From Acholeplasmataceae bacterium (GTDB lineage Bacteria > Bacillota_I > Bacilli_A > Acholeplasmatales > Acholeplasmataceae): a stretch of 64,000 bases of DNA. A program made the position numbers and the translations under genes. Positions 1-10,086 of this stretch are shown here, one piece after another; the stretch's first letter is position 1; every line of letters starts with the position of its first letter. The stretch covers positions 1-64,000 of the forward strand of contig OY763415.1 of assembly GCA_963667565.1 (NCBI GenBank), written 5' to 3'. Below the pieces are notes generated by a model. It ran no database searches. It was not told where the DNA came from and saw only the letters and a program-made list of their open reading frames with translations.

Positions 1-185
1 CTGAAACATTAGCTTTTATGGAGCAATCATTTAGAATTGGTGAAGTTAAAAGTTCTGGAACAGCAGTCACAAAAGTGATGAAGCCAGTTTCAATGTTTGA
101 TTCAAAAGGTGAATCAAGAGTTGAAAAGAAAAAGCGTATAATTGACAGGTTTATTGACTTTTTTAATAAGTTCTTTGGATTATAA
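1..185 (+). CDS. hsdR: 3' end of type I restriction enzyme R subunit (partial)
   Basis: Manual translation from base 3: ETLAFMEQSFRIGEVKSSGTAVTKVMKPVSMFDSKGESRVEKKKRIIDRFIDFFNKFFGL*. This matches my recollection of EcoR124I-family HsdR C-termini (F..G....GT......PVS.F...R..KK..I..L..FF.KFFGL). Not in the ORF track. Confidence 0.7.
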   Translation, partial: ETLAFMEQSFRIGEVKSSGTAVTKVMKPVSMFDSKGESRVEKKKRIIDRFIDFFNKFFGL

Positions 186-431
186 AGTGATATTTTCAAT
201 AAGAATAGATGGCGATTAGATTATAAGAATTAAATAGTCTATGATTAAAGAATTATCTAAAATGAAACAATCGGTTTTTACATTACTACAAAAAAGTAAA
301 ACAACCATAAACTCATAATATTGATATTGATCAAATCATCCATAGAAAAAAATCATGAAACTAAGATATGAAACTTATGTGATATTAGATATTATAAGGG
401 TTAGATTGATGCAAATATTATGAGGTGAATT

Positions 432-3165
432 ATGGGGGAAAGAGTAGTAATAGATAAAGATAAGACAATTATAATAATCTTCAATAAAGAAAAGAGCATC
501 TGGGAAGATAAAACCTCCTCAATTAATGCTCTTTATAAGGCATATTATTATAATAATTTTACAGGTTACGATGTATATTATAAGAATTCAGATAAAAAAT
601 TGTTTTATCCATTTGAAAGAATTCAAATTCTTAATCATATTGAGAAAATATATATAAACAATCAAGATGTAGTTATTAATGAACATATCTATGATGTTAA
701 ATACATTGATAAGTATGAAAAGGGTTTTTTTAAAATTAACTACGGAGAAACAAATGTAATAACCAAACATTACACTTTATCTAAAGGGAAATATAGAAAT
801 GTTTTAAGTTATTATAAAGAACTAGCTAATTATGCTGGAGAAATCACAACCGATAGTGAACCACTCTATTTTTTTAGCTAAAAATTATTCAAGAATTTCT
901 GCATCAGCTGATTCGATTGTTTATCAATATTTAAGTGGAATAAACAACAAAAGAAAATTTGATGATTTCATTATTGTTCCTTTTGATTTTAATCAAAGTC
1001 AACATAAAGCAATTAAAACGGCTTTAAGTAATAGTATATCAATTATTGAAGGACCTCCGGGAACCGGTAAAACACAAACAATACTTAATTTAATTAGTAA
1101 TATCATAACTAATAACAATAATTGTGCAGTGATATCTAACAACAACACAGCTGTTGATAATATATATGAAAAACTAGATGAAGAAGGCATCTCTTTTATT
1201 GCTGCTAAGTTAGGCAGTTCAGAAAAAGTTGAACAATTTTTTGAAAATTATTCCGATGATGCATTAGTTGAATTTTTGAATTTTAAAATAGATGAGATAA
1301 CATTTTCGGATACGCATGATATTAATCAGCATAGTGCTTTCATGTCAAAAATATTTGACTCTGAGATAAGAAAAGCAAGATTAACAAATGAGTTAAATGA
1401 AGTTATTGTTGAACAAAAAAACAATCATATTACAGATGATAAAACAAGAGTAATCAATACAAAATTACAAGCAAAAGATTATATTTATCTTATACATAGA
1501 ATTGAAGAAGTTAGAAAAATAAAGTTTTTTGAACGATGGAAGTTAAATCGAAAATATAAGATAAAAATTCAAAAAGATGAGTTATTAAGCATATTGGACA
1601 AAGCAGAATCGTTATTTTATGAAAAACGCATTGTTGAAATTGAAACTGAAATTAAAGTTATAGACAATCTTTTAAATAAATATAACAAGAATGTTGTTAT
1701 AGATAAACTAAAAAAATTGTCTAAAAAATATTTATTAAACAAAATTAAAAAACATTACAATAATACTGGTATAAAAGAATTCAACAAAAAAGATTATAAA
1801 ATCAATTACAATAATTTTTTAAAAAGATACCCTATTGTTTTAAGCACTTCTCAATCATTACTAAATAATGCACCTCAAGGGTTTTTGTTTGATTACTTAA
1901 TCATTGATGAAGCTTCACAAGGTGATTTGCTTTCAAGTGTACTTGCAATGAGTTGTGCCAAGAATCTTATTGTTGTTGGAGACTCAAGACAACTTCAACA
2001 AATTGATGAAGAGAGACTATATAATAAATCCAAGATACTTGCTGATAAATATGAAATTGCAAAATCATATAGATACGAAGATAATTCCATTCTAAAATCA
2101 GTTAATGATTCAGTGGATAATGTTCCAATTACATTGTTAAGGGAACATTATCGATGTGCGCCAGATATTATTAATTTTTGCAATAAAATGTTTTATAATA
2201 ATGAATTAATTCCTATGACTACAAACAGTGATAAACATATAGAAATAATTAAAACTGTTCCCGGTAATCATGCTAGAAAAAATCCAACAGGATCAGGATT
2301 ATATAATCAAAGAGAAATTGATGAATTAGAGTTATTATTTAAAGATAAAGAAAAAACTTCAATTGGTGTTATTACACCATTTAGATATCAAGCTAATTTG
2401 ATTTCAAATAATCATCCTGATGATGGATTAGAAGCGGATACAATACATAAATTTCAAGGTAGACAAAAAGATGAAGTATACCTCTCTTTTGTTGTTAATT
2501 CCCTTGATAAAGATCCAACACAAGTAGAAAATAGATTATATGATTTTATCACTAATGAAAAATTATTAAATGTAGCAATTTCTAGAGGTAAAAATAAAGT
2601 AACAGCAATTGTCTCAGATAAAATATATAACTCAAAGAATAATATAATAAATGACTTCATAAAATATAGTGAGAATCTATATGGTAATTCAATTACAAAA
2701 ACTTCAAACATAATTTCAGTTTTTGATTATTTATATTCAGAATATGATGAAATATTAAAAGGTAAATTCAAAAACAAACCAAATGAACATAAAACGGAAT
2801 TGTTAATGTGTGATCTCATCGATGATATTTTAAAGGATAATTGCAGAATTAGTTATCGAATGCATGTCAGATTATCTACAATAGTAAAAAACTATGAGTC
2901 ATTGTCAGATGAGGATAAACGATATTTAACTCACCCTTGGACTCACGTTGATTTTTTATTTTATAATAAAGTTTCAAAAGAAAGATTATTTGTTTTAGAA
3001 GTTGATGGTATTCAATATCATGAACAAAACGAAAAACAAGCACTTCATGACAATATTAAAGATAAAGCGTTGGAATTAAATGAGATACCCATATATAGAT
3101 TTAAAACAAATGAATCTAATGAAAAAATGAAGCTAGAAAATATTTTGCGTGAATATCAATATTAA
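432..3165 (+). CDS. Upf1/DNA2-like superfamily 1 helicase with C-terminal DUF2726-like nuclease-fold domain (split by a frameshift near 870)
   Basis: Walker A GPPGTGKT, Walker B IIDEASQ, VGDSRQL, EHYRC, TIHKFQGRQKD, NVAISRG; C-terminal HVDF..LEVDG..YH..DxxK..IPIYRF. ORFs 432-881 and 832-3165 join at the poly-T run near 869-876. Confidence 0.85.
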
Positions 3166-3252
3166 GGATAATAATATATGTACACATAGTGAGAGCAAAA
3201 TATTGATCATACAAAATCATAATCAAACTGAAGAACAGCAATAAAATATATT

Positions 3253-3284
3253 AAAAATACCTCTAGTTGATTAGAGGTATTTTT
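3253..3284 (+). terminator. Intrinsic terminator
   Basis: aaaaatacctcta / tagaggtattttt hairpin downstream of the helicase. Confidence 0.8.
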
Positions 3285-3327
3285 ATGGTAAAATTAGTAA
3301 ATACAAATTTAGAATATTGGTGACAAC

Positions 3328-4209
3328 ATGAAAAAGGGTTATGTATACTCTATAGCATCACATCTCGTATGGGGGATATTACCACTATACTGGGCATTGT
3401 TTAAAGAAATATCATCATTAGAATTATTATTCTTAAGAATTTTATTAACGATGATAACATTAGTTTTAATTGTTCATTTAATTAAAAAGCCTATTTACTT
3501 ATCATACCTAAAAAATCCAAAAGTGGTTAAACAATTATTGTTAAGCGGATTACTCATTTCTATCAACTGGTTTGTTTTTGTTTACGCTGTTGGATCAAAT
3601 CAAGTATTACAAGCATCTTTAGGTTATTATATAGGGCCTTTGTTTACGGTCTTAATCGGAGTTCTATATTTAAAAGAAAAGCCAACTAAAGTACAATATA
3701 CTGCATTTATATTAGTAGGGTTAGCTTTGATTTATATATTAATTAATAATGATACATCCTGGATTGCTTTTAGTGTTGCAATTAGTTTTAGTCTTTATGG
3801 ATTCTTAAAGAAGAGATATCATTTAGATTCAATGAACTCATTACTTTTAGAATCCATGTTTGTCCTACCTGTGATGTCTCTCATGCTTTGGTATACATCT
3901 ACTCATTCAGGATCAACATTAAATCAAATCATTTCAATTCAAGGTTTATTTATTGTCTTTGCAGGTATCTTAACTATTATTCCATTAGTGCTTTTTGCTG
4001 AAGGAGCAAAACAATTACCACTATACATGGTGGGTATTATCCAATATATTACACCTACGATGTTTTTATTAGTTGGTGTTCTAGTTAATAAAGAACCATT
4101 TACACAAGTAGAAGCCATCGCGTTTGGTCTTATATGGATTGCGTTAATCTTAAATTTTTCTACGATATACAGACAAGAACAGATAGCGATAGTAACTGAT
4201 ACAATTTAA
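3328..4209 (+). CDS. rarD: EamA/DMT transporter RarD
   Basis: LVWGILPLYW, LISINWFVFVYAV, QASLGYYI.PL, SFSLYGFLKK, GIIQYITPT: RarD signature segments, about 10 TM helices. Confidence 0.9.
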   Translation: MKKGYVYSIASHLVWGILPLYWALFKEISSLELLFLRILLTMITLVLIVHLIKKPIYLSYLKNPKVVKQLLLSGLLISINWFVFVYAVGSNQVLQASLGYYIGPLFTVLIGVLYLKEKPTKVQYTAFILVGLALIYILINNDTSWIAFSVAISFSLYGFLKKRYHLDSMNSLLLESMFVLPVMSLMLWYTSTHSGSTLNQIISIQGLFIVFAGILTIIPLVLFAEGAKQLPLYMVGIIQYITPTMFLLVGVLVNKEPFTQVEAIAFGLIWIALILNFSTIYRQEQIAIVTDTI

Positions 4210-4408
4210 ACATTGTTTATACTACAATGATTAAGAAGTAACAGATATAAAATCCATTGCCTGTAATACAGGTCATTTATTCTTTCATTAAGTTTTTAAA
4301 ATTATAATTGTCAAAATTAAAATAAACAAGTATAATTAAAATATAAAACATATGCATCAAGAATTGCAATTAGGGGAATGAATGCACTTGAAATGTAAGT
4401 TATACATG

Positions 4409-4439
4409 AAGACGACATTTTAGTGTCGTCTTTTCTTTT
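4409..4439 (+). terminator. Intrinsic terminator / possible attenuator
   Basis: aagacgaca-ttttag-tgtcgtctt followed by a T tract, about 75 nt downstream of a TTGTCA-N17-TATAAT promoter (4308-4336). Confidence 0.7.
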
Positions 4440-4480
4440 ATGAATGGCAGTTTATATCTATAAATTGAGAGGTTAAGTAC

Positions 4481-4744
4481 ATGAGAAAATTAATAATGTT
4501 TGTATTTTTTGTATTAAGTTTAGTAGCAATTATTGGAATTACAATGTCTTTAAATGATTTGCTATCTTTTTTAAACTTAGGAAATATGAGTTTAGAAGAT
4601 ATTCAAAATCTATTTGAGACAAGTACTGTTGAAGAAATTATCCAAGAATTGGGGACAATCATATATACACTCATGCAAGTATATGGAATACCTATCATTA
4701 TTTTTTTAATAAGTCTAAATGGAATGGCAATTAGCAAAAGATAA
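4481..4744 (+). CDS. Small membrane protein (2 TM), hypothetical
   Basis: RBS gaggt; two hydrophobic segments. Confidence 0.7.
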   Translation: MRKLIMFVFFVLSLVAIIGITMSLNDLLSFLNLGNMSLEDIQNLFETSTVEEIIQELGTIIYTLMQVYGIPIIIFLISLNGMAISKR

Positions 4745-4886
4745 CATATTTAATATTCGAGACAATAGTCTTTTTATATTTCTTATAAATGATAGACTGA
4801 TCTAATATTAAGTGATATACTAACAACAAACGGTCGAATTGAAATATATATAACTATTTCAATCAAAAATCAACTTAAGGATTAGT

Positions 4887-5585
4887 GTGAGAAAAAATAT
4901 GGACATAAAAAAAGATATCATTGGAATTGTAGGAGGTATGGGATCCTACGCTACTTTAAATATATTTAAAAGAATTTTGGATTCTTTTGAAGCAAAAAAA
5001 GAATGGGATAGACCTAGAATTATCATCGATAATAATTGCACTCTCCCTTCTCGTTCAAGAGCGTTATTATATCATGAAAAATTTGAAGAAGTTGCTCATG
5101 GTTTAGCAAATAGTGTAAAACACTTAATAGATGCGGGTGCAAATATCATTATTCTTGGCAGCAATACAGGACATTTGTTTTTAGATGAGATTTATAAAAG
5201 AGTGCCAGAATCAAAAAAATATATCGTTAATTTCATTGAATTGTTAGGTAGAGACGTTGCAGCTAATCATGTCGATGAAATATTACTCTTAGGAACTGAA
5301 GCTACAGTTGATTTTAATATATATAAACACTTTTTAAAAGATATCAATGTAGTGACGCCGGCACAAGAAAAAGTTGAAGAAATTGACTATTTTATCGAGA
5401 TTGTAAAACAGAATATCATAAAAGATAGTGATTATGATAAATTTAAAAATTTATTATTAAGTTTTGAGAATAAGAATATTGTTTTGGGTTGTACAGAATT
5501 ACCAATCATGTTTGAAAAAATAAAAGGAGAAATTGACAAAAATATTTTTGATCCAATCAATTCGTTTATAAAATATATTAAATAG
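4887..5585 (+). CDS. Aspartate/glutamate racemase family protein
   Basis: IGIVGGMGSYAT, SNTGH (canonical CNTAH), LLGTEAT, VLGCTELP. Confidence 0.9.
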   Translation: MRKNMDIKKDIIGIVGGMGSYATLNIFKRILDSFEAKKEWDRPRIIIDNNCTLPSRSRALLYHEKFEEVAHGLANSVKHLIDAGANIIILGSNTGHLFLDEIYKRVPESKKYIVNFIELLGRDVAANHVDEILLLGTEATVDFNIYKHFLKDINVVTPAQEKVEEIDYFIEIVKQNIIKDSDYDKFKNLLLSFENKNIVLGCTELPIMFEKIKGEIDKNIFDPINSFIKYIK

Positions 5586-5598
5586 AGGGATAAAATTT

Positions 5599-5994
5599 AT
5601 GAAAAAAGTGTTAACATTTGGGGTATTTGATTATTTGCATTATGGTCATTTAAAACTTTTTGAACGTGCTTTGGCATATGGTGATTATTTAATTGTTGCA
5701 GTTCAAAAAGATGAAGAAATTCATAAGACTAAGCCTGAAGCAATCATGCTTTATGATTTAGAAAAGCGTATGGAATTTATAAGTGCTATTAAGTATGTCA
5801 ACGAAACGATTCCATATACTCAAGTAGATCAAGATATTCAACAAATAGATTTTGATGTTTTAGTTTTAGGTGGCGATCAAAATCATCCTGGATTTCAAAG
5901 AGCAGTTCAATGGGCAGAAAAAAACAACAAGGAAATCATCAGATTGGAGAGAACACAAGGCATTAGTTCATCACAAATTAAAGGGGGTAATTAA
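5599..5994 (+). CDS. Glycerol-3-phosphate cytidylyltransferase-like (TagD family)
   Basis: TFGVFDYLHYGH (HxGH), LIVAV, RTQGISSS motif. Confidence 0.85.
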   Translation: MKKVLTFGVFDYLHYGHLKLFERALAYGDYLIVAVQKDEEIHKTKPEAIMLYDLEKRMEFISAIKYVNETIPYTQVDQDIQQIDFDVLVLGGDQNHPGFQRAVQWAEKNNKEIIRLERTQGISSSQIKGGN

Positions 5995-6971
5995 TGATGT
6001 TGTTTATAAATCATTTTTTGACTGATGCTTCAGTCATAGCACTAACTTATTGGGGGGAAAAAGGTGTAGATATATTAACTGCATTAATCGCATCATTTAC
6101 TACTGCAGCATTAGTTGCATTGTTTCTAGATAAAGCCTTTAAAAGAAGTAAAAAATTAGGCGATAGCCTAGTAAAATCCGGTATTGATAAAATCGAGTAT
6201 GTGAGCGGAAAGATGAGCAGAAGAGATCGCTCTATATTATTTGGATTAAATAACAAAACTAAACCTATTGAATTAAATCTTTGTTTTTTAACAGGAGATA
6301 ATTTTTTTCTTGACTATTATGATTACTTGCAACAACTACTAGATAATGATTGCAAAATTAAACTCTTAATTGCTAATCCTTTTGATTCTAAAAGATATCA
6401 AAAATATCTAAAAAACATATCTGAAAGCTTTGATAAGAATACAAATGATTGTTGTGAAAAAGATAAAAAAGATATTGCAAATCTATATTATGAATATAGT
6501 ATGTTTAAAAATGAGAAACTTAATGATCTATGTTATCTTGAGAGAACCTATTTAATGGTTTCAAGCCAAATTATTGAAAACAAATCTGAGAGCAAGTTTA
6601 AAGATTTTTATTTTAATCTTAATGAAGAAAGTAAACAAGAAGTTTGGTTAGAGCGTATCTCAAAAACTGGCGATCATATCATGCAAATTGCACTAGTGAC
6701 AACACTTGTTAATAAATTGAATAATGATTCAAAAGGGTCAAAAATTGAAATTGGTTACTATAAAGATGAGTATCGTATTCCAATAATACTTGCTAAATAC
6801 AATAACCATGATAGAGAAGAAATGTTTTTATGGACAAATATGAATGCACCTGTCAAGGAAACAACAAAATCTGTCAATGTTTTTGGAAAAGCGACCGAAA
6901 ATGATGACTCAACTTATATTACAGATGTAATGAAATCATTTGACTATTTATTTGATAGATATAAAAGATAA
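5994..6971 (+). CDS. N-terminal TM helix plus PLD-like fold domain (DUF5919-like), no HKD motif
   Basis: Hydrophobic N-terminal helix, then the pattern IELNLCFLTG / CKIKLLIANP / IEIGYY / FDYLFD typical of PLD-fold domains. Stop/start overlap with the previous gene. Confidence 0.5.
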   Translation: MMLFINHFLTDASVIALTYWGEKGVDILTALIASFTTAALVALFLDKAFKRSKKLGDSLVKSGIDKIEYVSGKMSRRDRSILFGLNNKTKPIELNLCFLTGDNFFLDYYDYLQQLLDNDCKIKLLIANPFDSKRYQKYLKNISESFDKNTNDCCEKDKKDIANLYYEYSMFKNEKLNDLCYLERTYLMVSSQIIENKSESKFKDFYFNLNEESKQEVWLERISKTGDHIMQIALVTTLVNKLNNDSKGSKIEIGYYKDEYRIPIILAKYNNHDREEMFLWTNMNAPVKETTKSVNVFGKATENDDSTYITDVMKSFDYLFDRYKR

Positions 6972-7324
6972 ATCAAAAATACGCTTTTGTTTTCTTGAAT
7001 TGTCGTTTTTAAATATGTAATAATCTCTTTAAAATTCATTTTCCCCTCACAAGCATAATCTATTGATTATATTATAACCTAAAAGCAAGTTTGTTTGTCA
7101 TGTGGTATATGATCATAGGCTAAATTAAGGTTTTATCATATTCACTGCTGCTATGTGATAATCACATAAACATGATATAAAAATCGCTTAATCATTGCGA
7201 TTTTTTGTTTCTATAAGATAGTAATTGTTGACATTTACATGACTTTCATATAAAGTATGTAAGGTGCTATTAATATAATATTAATAAATGGTATTAAATA
7301 CATATAAAAAGAAGGTATATTTTC

Positions 7325-8944
7325 ATGATTGCAGTATCAAACTTAAGTTTAGTCTTTTCAGATAAAAAATTATTTGAAGATGTCAATTTAAAATTTACTC
7401 AAGGTAATTGCTATGGCGTCATTGGTGCCAATGGTGCAGGTAAATCCACATTCCTAAAACTCTTATCTGGAGAAAGAGAACCATCAAGCGGTAATGTCAT
7501 TATTGATAAAGGAAAAAGACTTGCAGTCTTAAACCAAAATCAAAATGCGTTTGATGATTTTACAGTTCTTCAAACAGTGATGATGGGACATAAAGAACTC
7601 TTTGAAATCTCTCAAAAGAAAGAAGTCTTATATGCTAAAGAAGACTTCAATGATGAAGATGGATTAGAACTTGCAGAACTTGAAGGTAGATTTGCAGAAC
7701 TTGATGGATGGAATGCAGAATCAGATGCAGAAAAACTTTTAAATGGGTTAAAAGTACCTCAAAAAGATTTTCATAAACTGATGGGTGATGTACTTCCTAA
7801 AAATAAAGTCAAAGCACTTCTTGCTCAAGCGTTATTTGGTAATCCTGATATTCTACTTTTAGATGAACCAACCAATAATTTAGATTTTGAAGCCATTGGA
7901 TGGCTTGAAAACTTTTTAATGGATTATGAGAATACTGTTATCACAGTATCTCATGATCGTCATTTCTTAAATAAAGTATGTACACACATGGTAGATATTG
8001 ATTACTTCCAAGCAAAACTATACACAGGAAACTACGATTTTTGGAGAGAGTCCTCTGAACTTGTTCAAAAGCTTATGGCTGATAAAAACAAGAAGAAAGA
8101 AGAACGCATTGAAGAATTAAAAGCCTTTATCGCAAGATTTTCGGCAAATCTTTCAAAGTCATCTCAAGCAACCTCTAGAAAAAAAGCATTGGAAAAAATC
8201 GAATTAGATGAAATCATCCCATCATCAAGAAAATATCCATACATTGGATTTGAAATTGATAAGTCATTGGGTAGAGATGTCTTAGAAGTAGAAGACCTAT
8301 CTTATACACAAGATGGTAAGAAATTATTTGAACATGTCTCATTTATCATTCATAATGGCGATAAGGTTGCTTTAATGGGTGAAAATGACTTAGCAAAAAC
8401 AGCATTACTAAAAATTTTAGCTGGTGAACTAAAACCAGATACTGGTAAAATCACATGGGGACAAACAGCAACCTATGCATACCTTCCAAATGAAAATGAA
8501 AAATACTTTGATAAAAAGAATTTAAATCTTGTTGATTGGCTTCGCCAATTTTCAACAGATCCTGCAGAAGCATATGTACGCACCTTTTTAGGACGTATGC
8601 TCTTCTCAGGAGATTCTGCTTTAAAAGAAGTCAAAGTCTTATCAGGTGGAGAAAAAATGCGTTTGATGTACTCTAAGATGATGATGGCTAAAGCCAACAC
8701 CCTCTTAGTGGATTCACCTACCATCCACCTAGATCTTGAATCTATTCAAGCAGTGAATAAAGGATTAGAAGAATTTAAAGGCTCATGTATCGTCGCATCT
8801 CATGATCATGACTTATTAGAGACAGTATGTAATAAAGTCATTGAAATCGGCGATTTAGGGGCTTATAGCTATGAAGGCGACTTTGATGAATTCATTACTA
8901 ACCAAGATATCAAATCAAAGATTGAAGCTTTATATAAAGCATAA
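7325..8944 (+). CDS. ABC-F family ATPase (YbiT/YkpA-like)
   Basis: Two NBDs with no TM domain; GANGAGKST, LLLDEPTNNLD, SHDRHFLN, YTGNY linker, LSGGEK. Confidence 0.93.
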   Translation: MIAVSNLSLVFSDKKLFEDVNLKFTQGNCYGVIGANGAGKSTFLKLLSGEREPSSGNVIIDKGKRLAVLNQNQNAFDDFTVLQTVMMGHKELFEISQKKEVLYAKEDFNDEDGLELAELEGRFAELDGWNAESDAEKLLNGLKVPQKDFHKLMGDVLPKNKVKALLAQALFGNPDILLLDEPTNNLDFEAIGWLENFLMDYENTVITVSHDRHFLNKVCTHMVDIDYFQAKLYTGNYDFWRESSELVQKLMADKNKKKEERIEELKAFIARFSANLSKSSQATSRKKALEKIELDEIIPSSRKYPYIGFEIDKSLGRDVLEVEDLSYTQDGKKLFEHVSFIIHNGDKVALMGENDLAKTALLKILAGELKPDTGKITWGQTATYAYLPNENEKYFDKKNLNLVDWLRQFSTDPAEAYVRTFLGRMLFSGDSALKEVKVLSGGEKMRLMYSKMMMAKANTLLVDSPTIHLDLESIQAVNKGLEEFKGSCIVASHDHDLLETVCNKVIEIGDLGAYSYEGDFDEFITNQDIKSKIEALYKA

Positions 8945-8961
8945 TACATAAGTATTAATAT

Positions 8962-8997
8962 AAGATGTTCATATCTTCGTATATGAACATCTTTTTT
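8962..8997 (+). terminator. Intrinsic terminator
   Basis: aagatgttcatat / atatgaacatctt plus T tract. Confidence 0.85.
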
Positions 8998-9067
8998 AAA
9001 GATAGAAAGGTTTTCATATCATCGCAAATGTCATTTTATGTTATAATCACTTGGAAAAGGTGAGTAC

Positions 9068-9957
9068 ATGAATAACAAAACAAAAGGGATTATCGCAATC
9101 ATGATCGCTGCTTTAGGGTTTGCTCTGATGAGTTTATTTGTTAAATTTACCTCTAGCGATATTCCATCTACACAAAAAGTATTATTTCGTAATGCAATCA
9201 GTTTAATCATTTCACTTTCATTAGTGATTAAACATAAATCTTCATTTTATGGATCTTTAAAACATCAACCACTCTTACTCTTAAGAAGTGCATTTGGTAC
9301 TATAGGTATGTTGCTATTTTTTTACTCTATAGACAAACTGCCATTAGGTGATGCGAATATGCTTAATAAGTTAAGCACATTCTTTTTAATCATCTTTAGT
9401 GCTTTATTTTTAAAAGAAAAAGTAAAACCATATCAAATACTCATGATTATCATTGCTTTTCTTGGAACACTCTTCATCATAAAACCGTCATTAGATATTG
9501 ATATATTTCCATATGCTATATCTATCTTAGCAGCTATGGCAGCAGGTGCTGCCTATACTGTCTTAAGAGCATTAGGCAAGAAAGAAGCATATTATACGAT
9601 TGTCTTATATTTTTCAACATTTAGTGTTGTAAGTATTTCACTCTTCATGGTGATGATTGATGCGCCATTATTCAACTTTGTTGCTATGGACATAAGTGAT
9701 ATCATTTATCTCATTCTTGCAGGTGTATTTGCCACTGTGGGCCAATTTGGGACAACCCTGGCTTATAAATATGCACCAGCAAAAGATATCTCAATCTTTA
9801 ATTATACAAATGTTGTCTTTGGCATCCATCTTAGGCATTATTGTATTTAGTTGAAACACCTGATGTATATAGTATCCTGGGTTATTTCATTATATTTGGT
9901 GCTGCATATTATATGTTTATTAAAGGACATCAAAAACAAGAGCATGCATCAAAATAA
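9068..9957 (+). CDS. EamA/DMT family transporter (frameshift near 9825)
   Basis: Duplicated EamA pattern (LLLRSAFGTIG, FLKEKV, GQFGTTLAYKYAPA). The C-terminal TM continues in another frame to TAA at 9957. Confidence 0.85.
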
Positions 9958-10086
9958 GATGCAATCAATTATAAAAAACACCTTAACTCATGTTAAGGTT
10001 TTTTAATATAGACATTTATGACACACCATATATAGATAGTAATGTTATAATTAAAATAACTTTAAACATGAGATGAGGGAAATGTA

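Noticed and set aside
860..885. Programmed frameshift or phase variation in the helicase poly-T run
   Set aside because: Indistinguishable from the many other homopolymer indels in this segment; sequencing error is more parsimonious.
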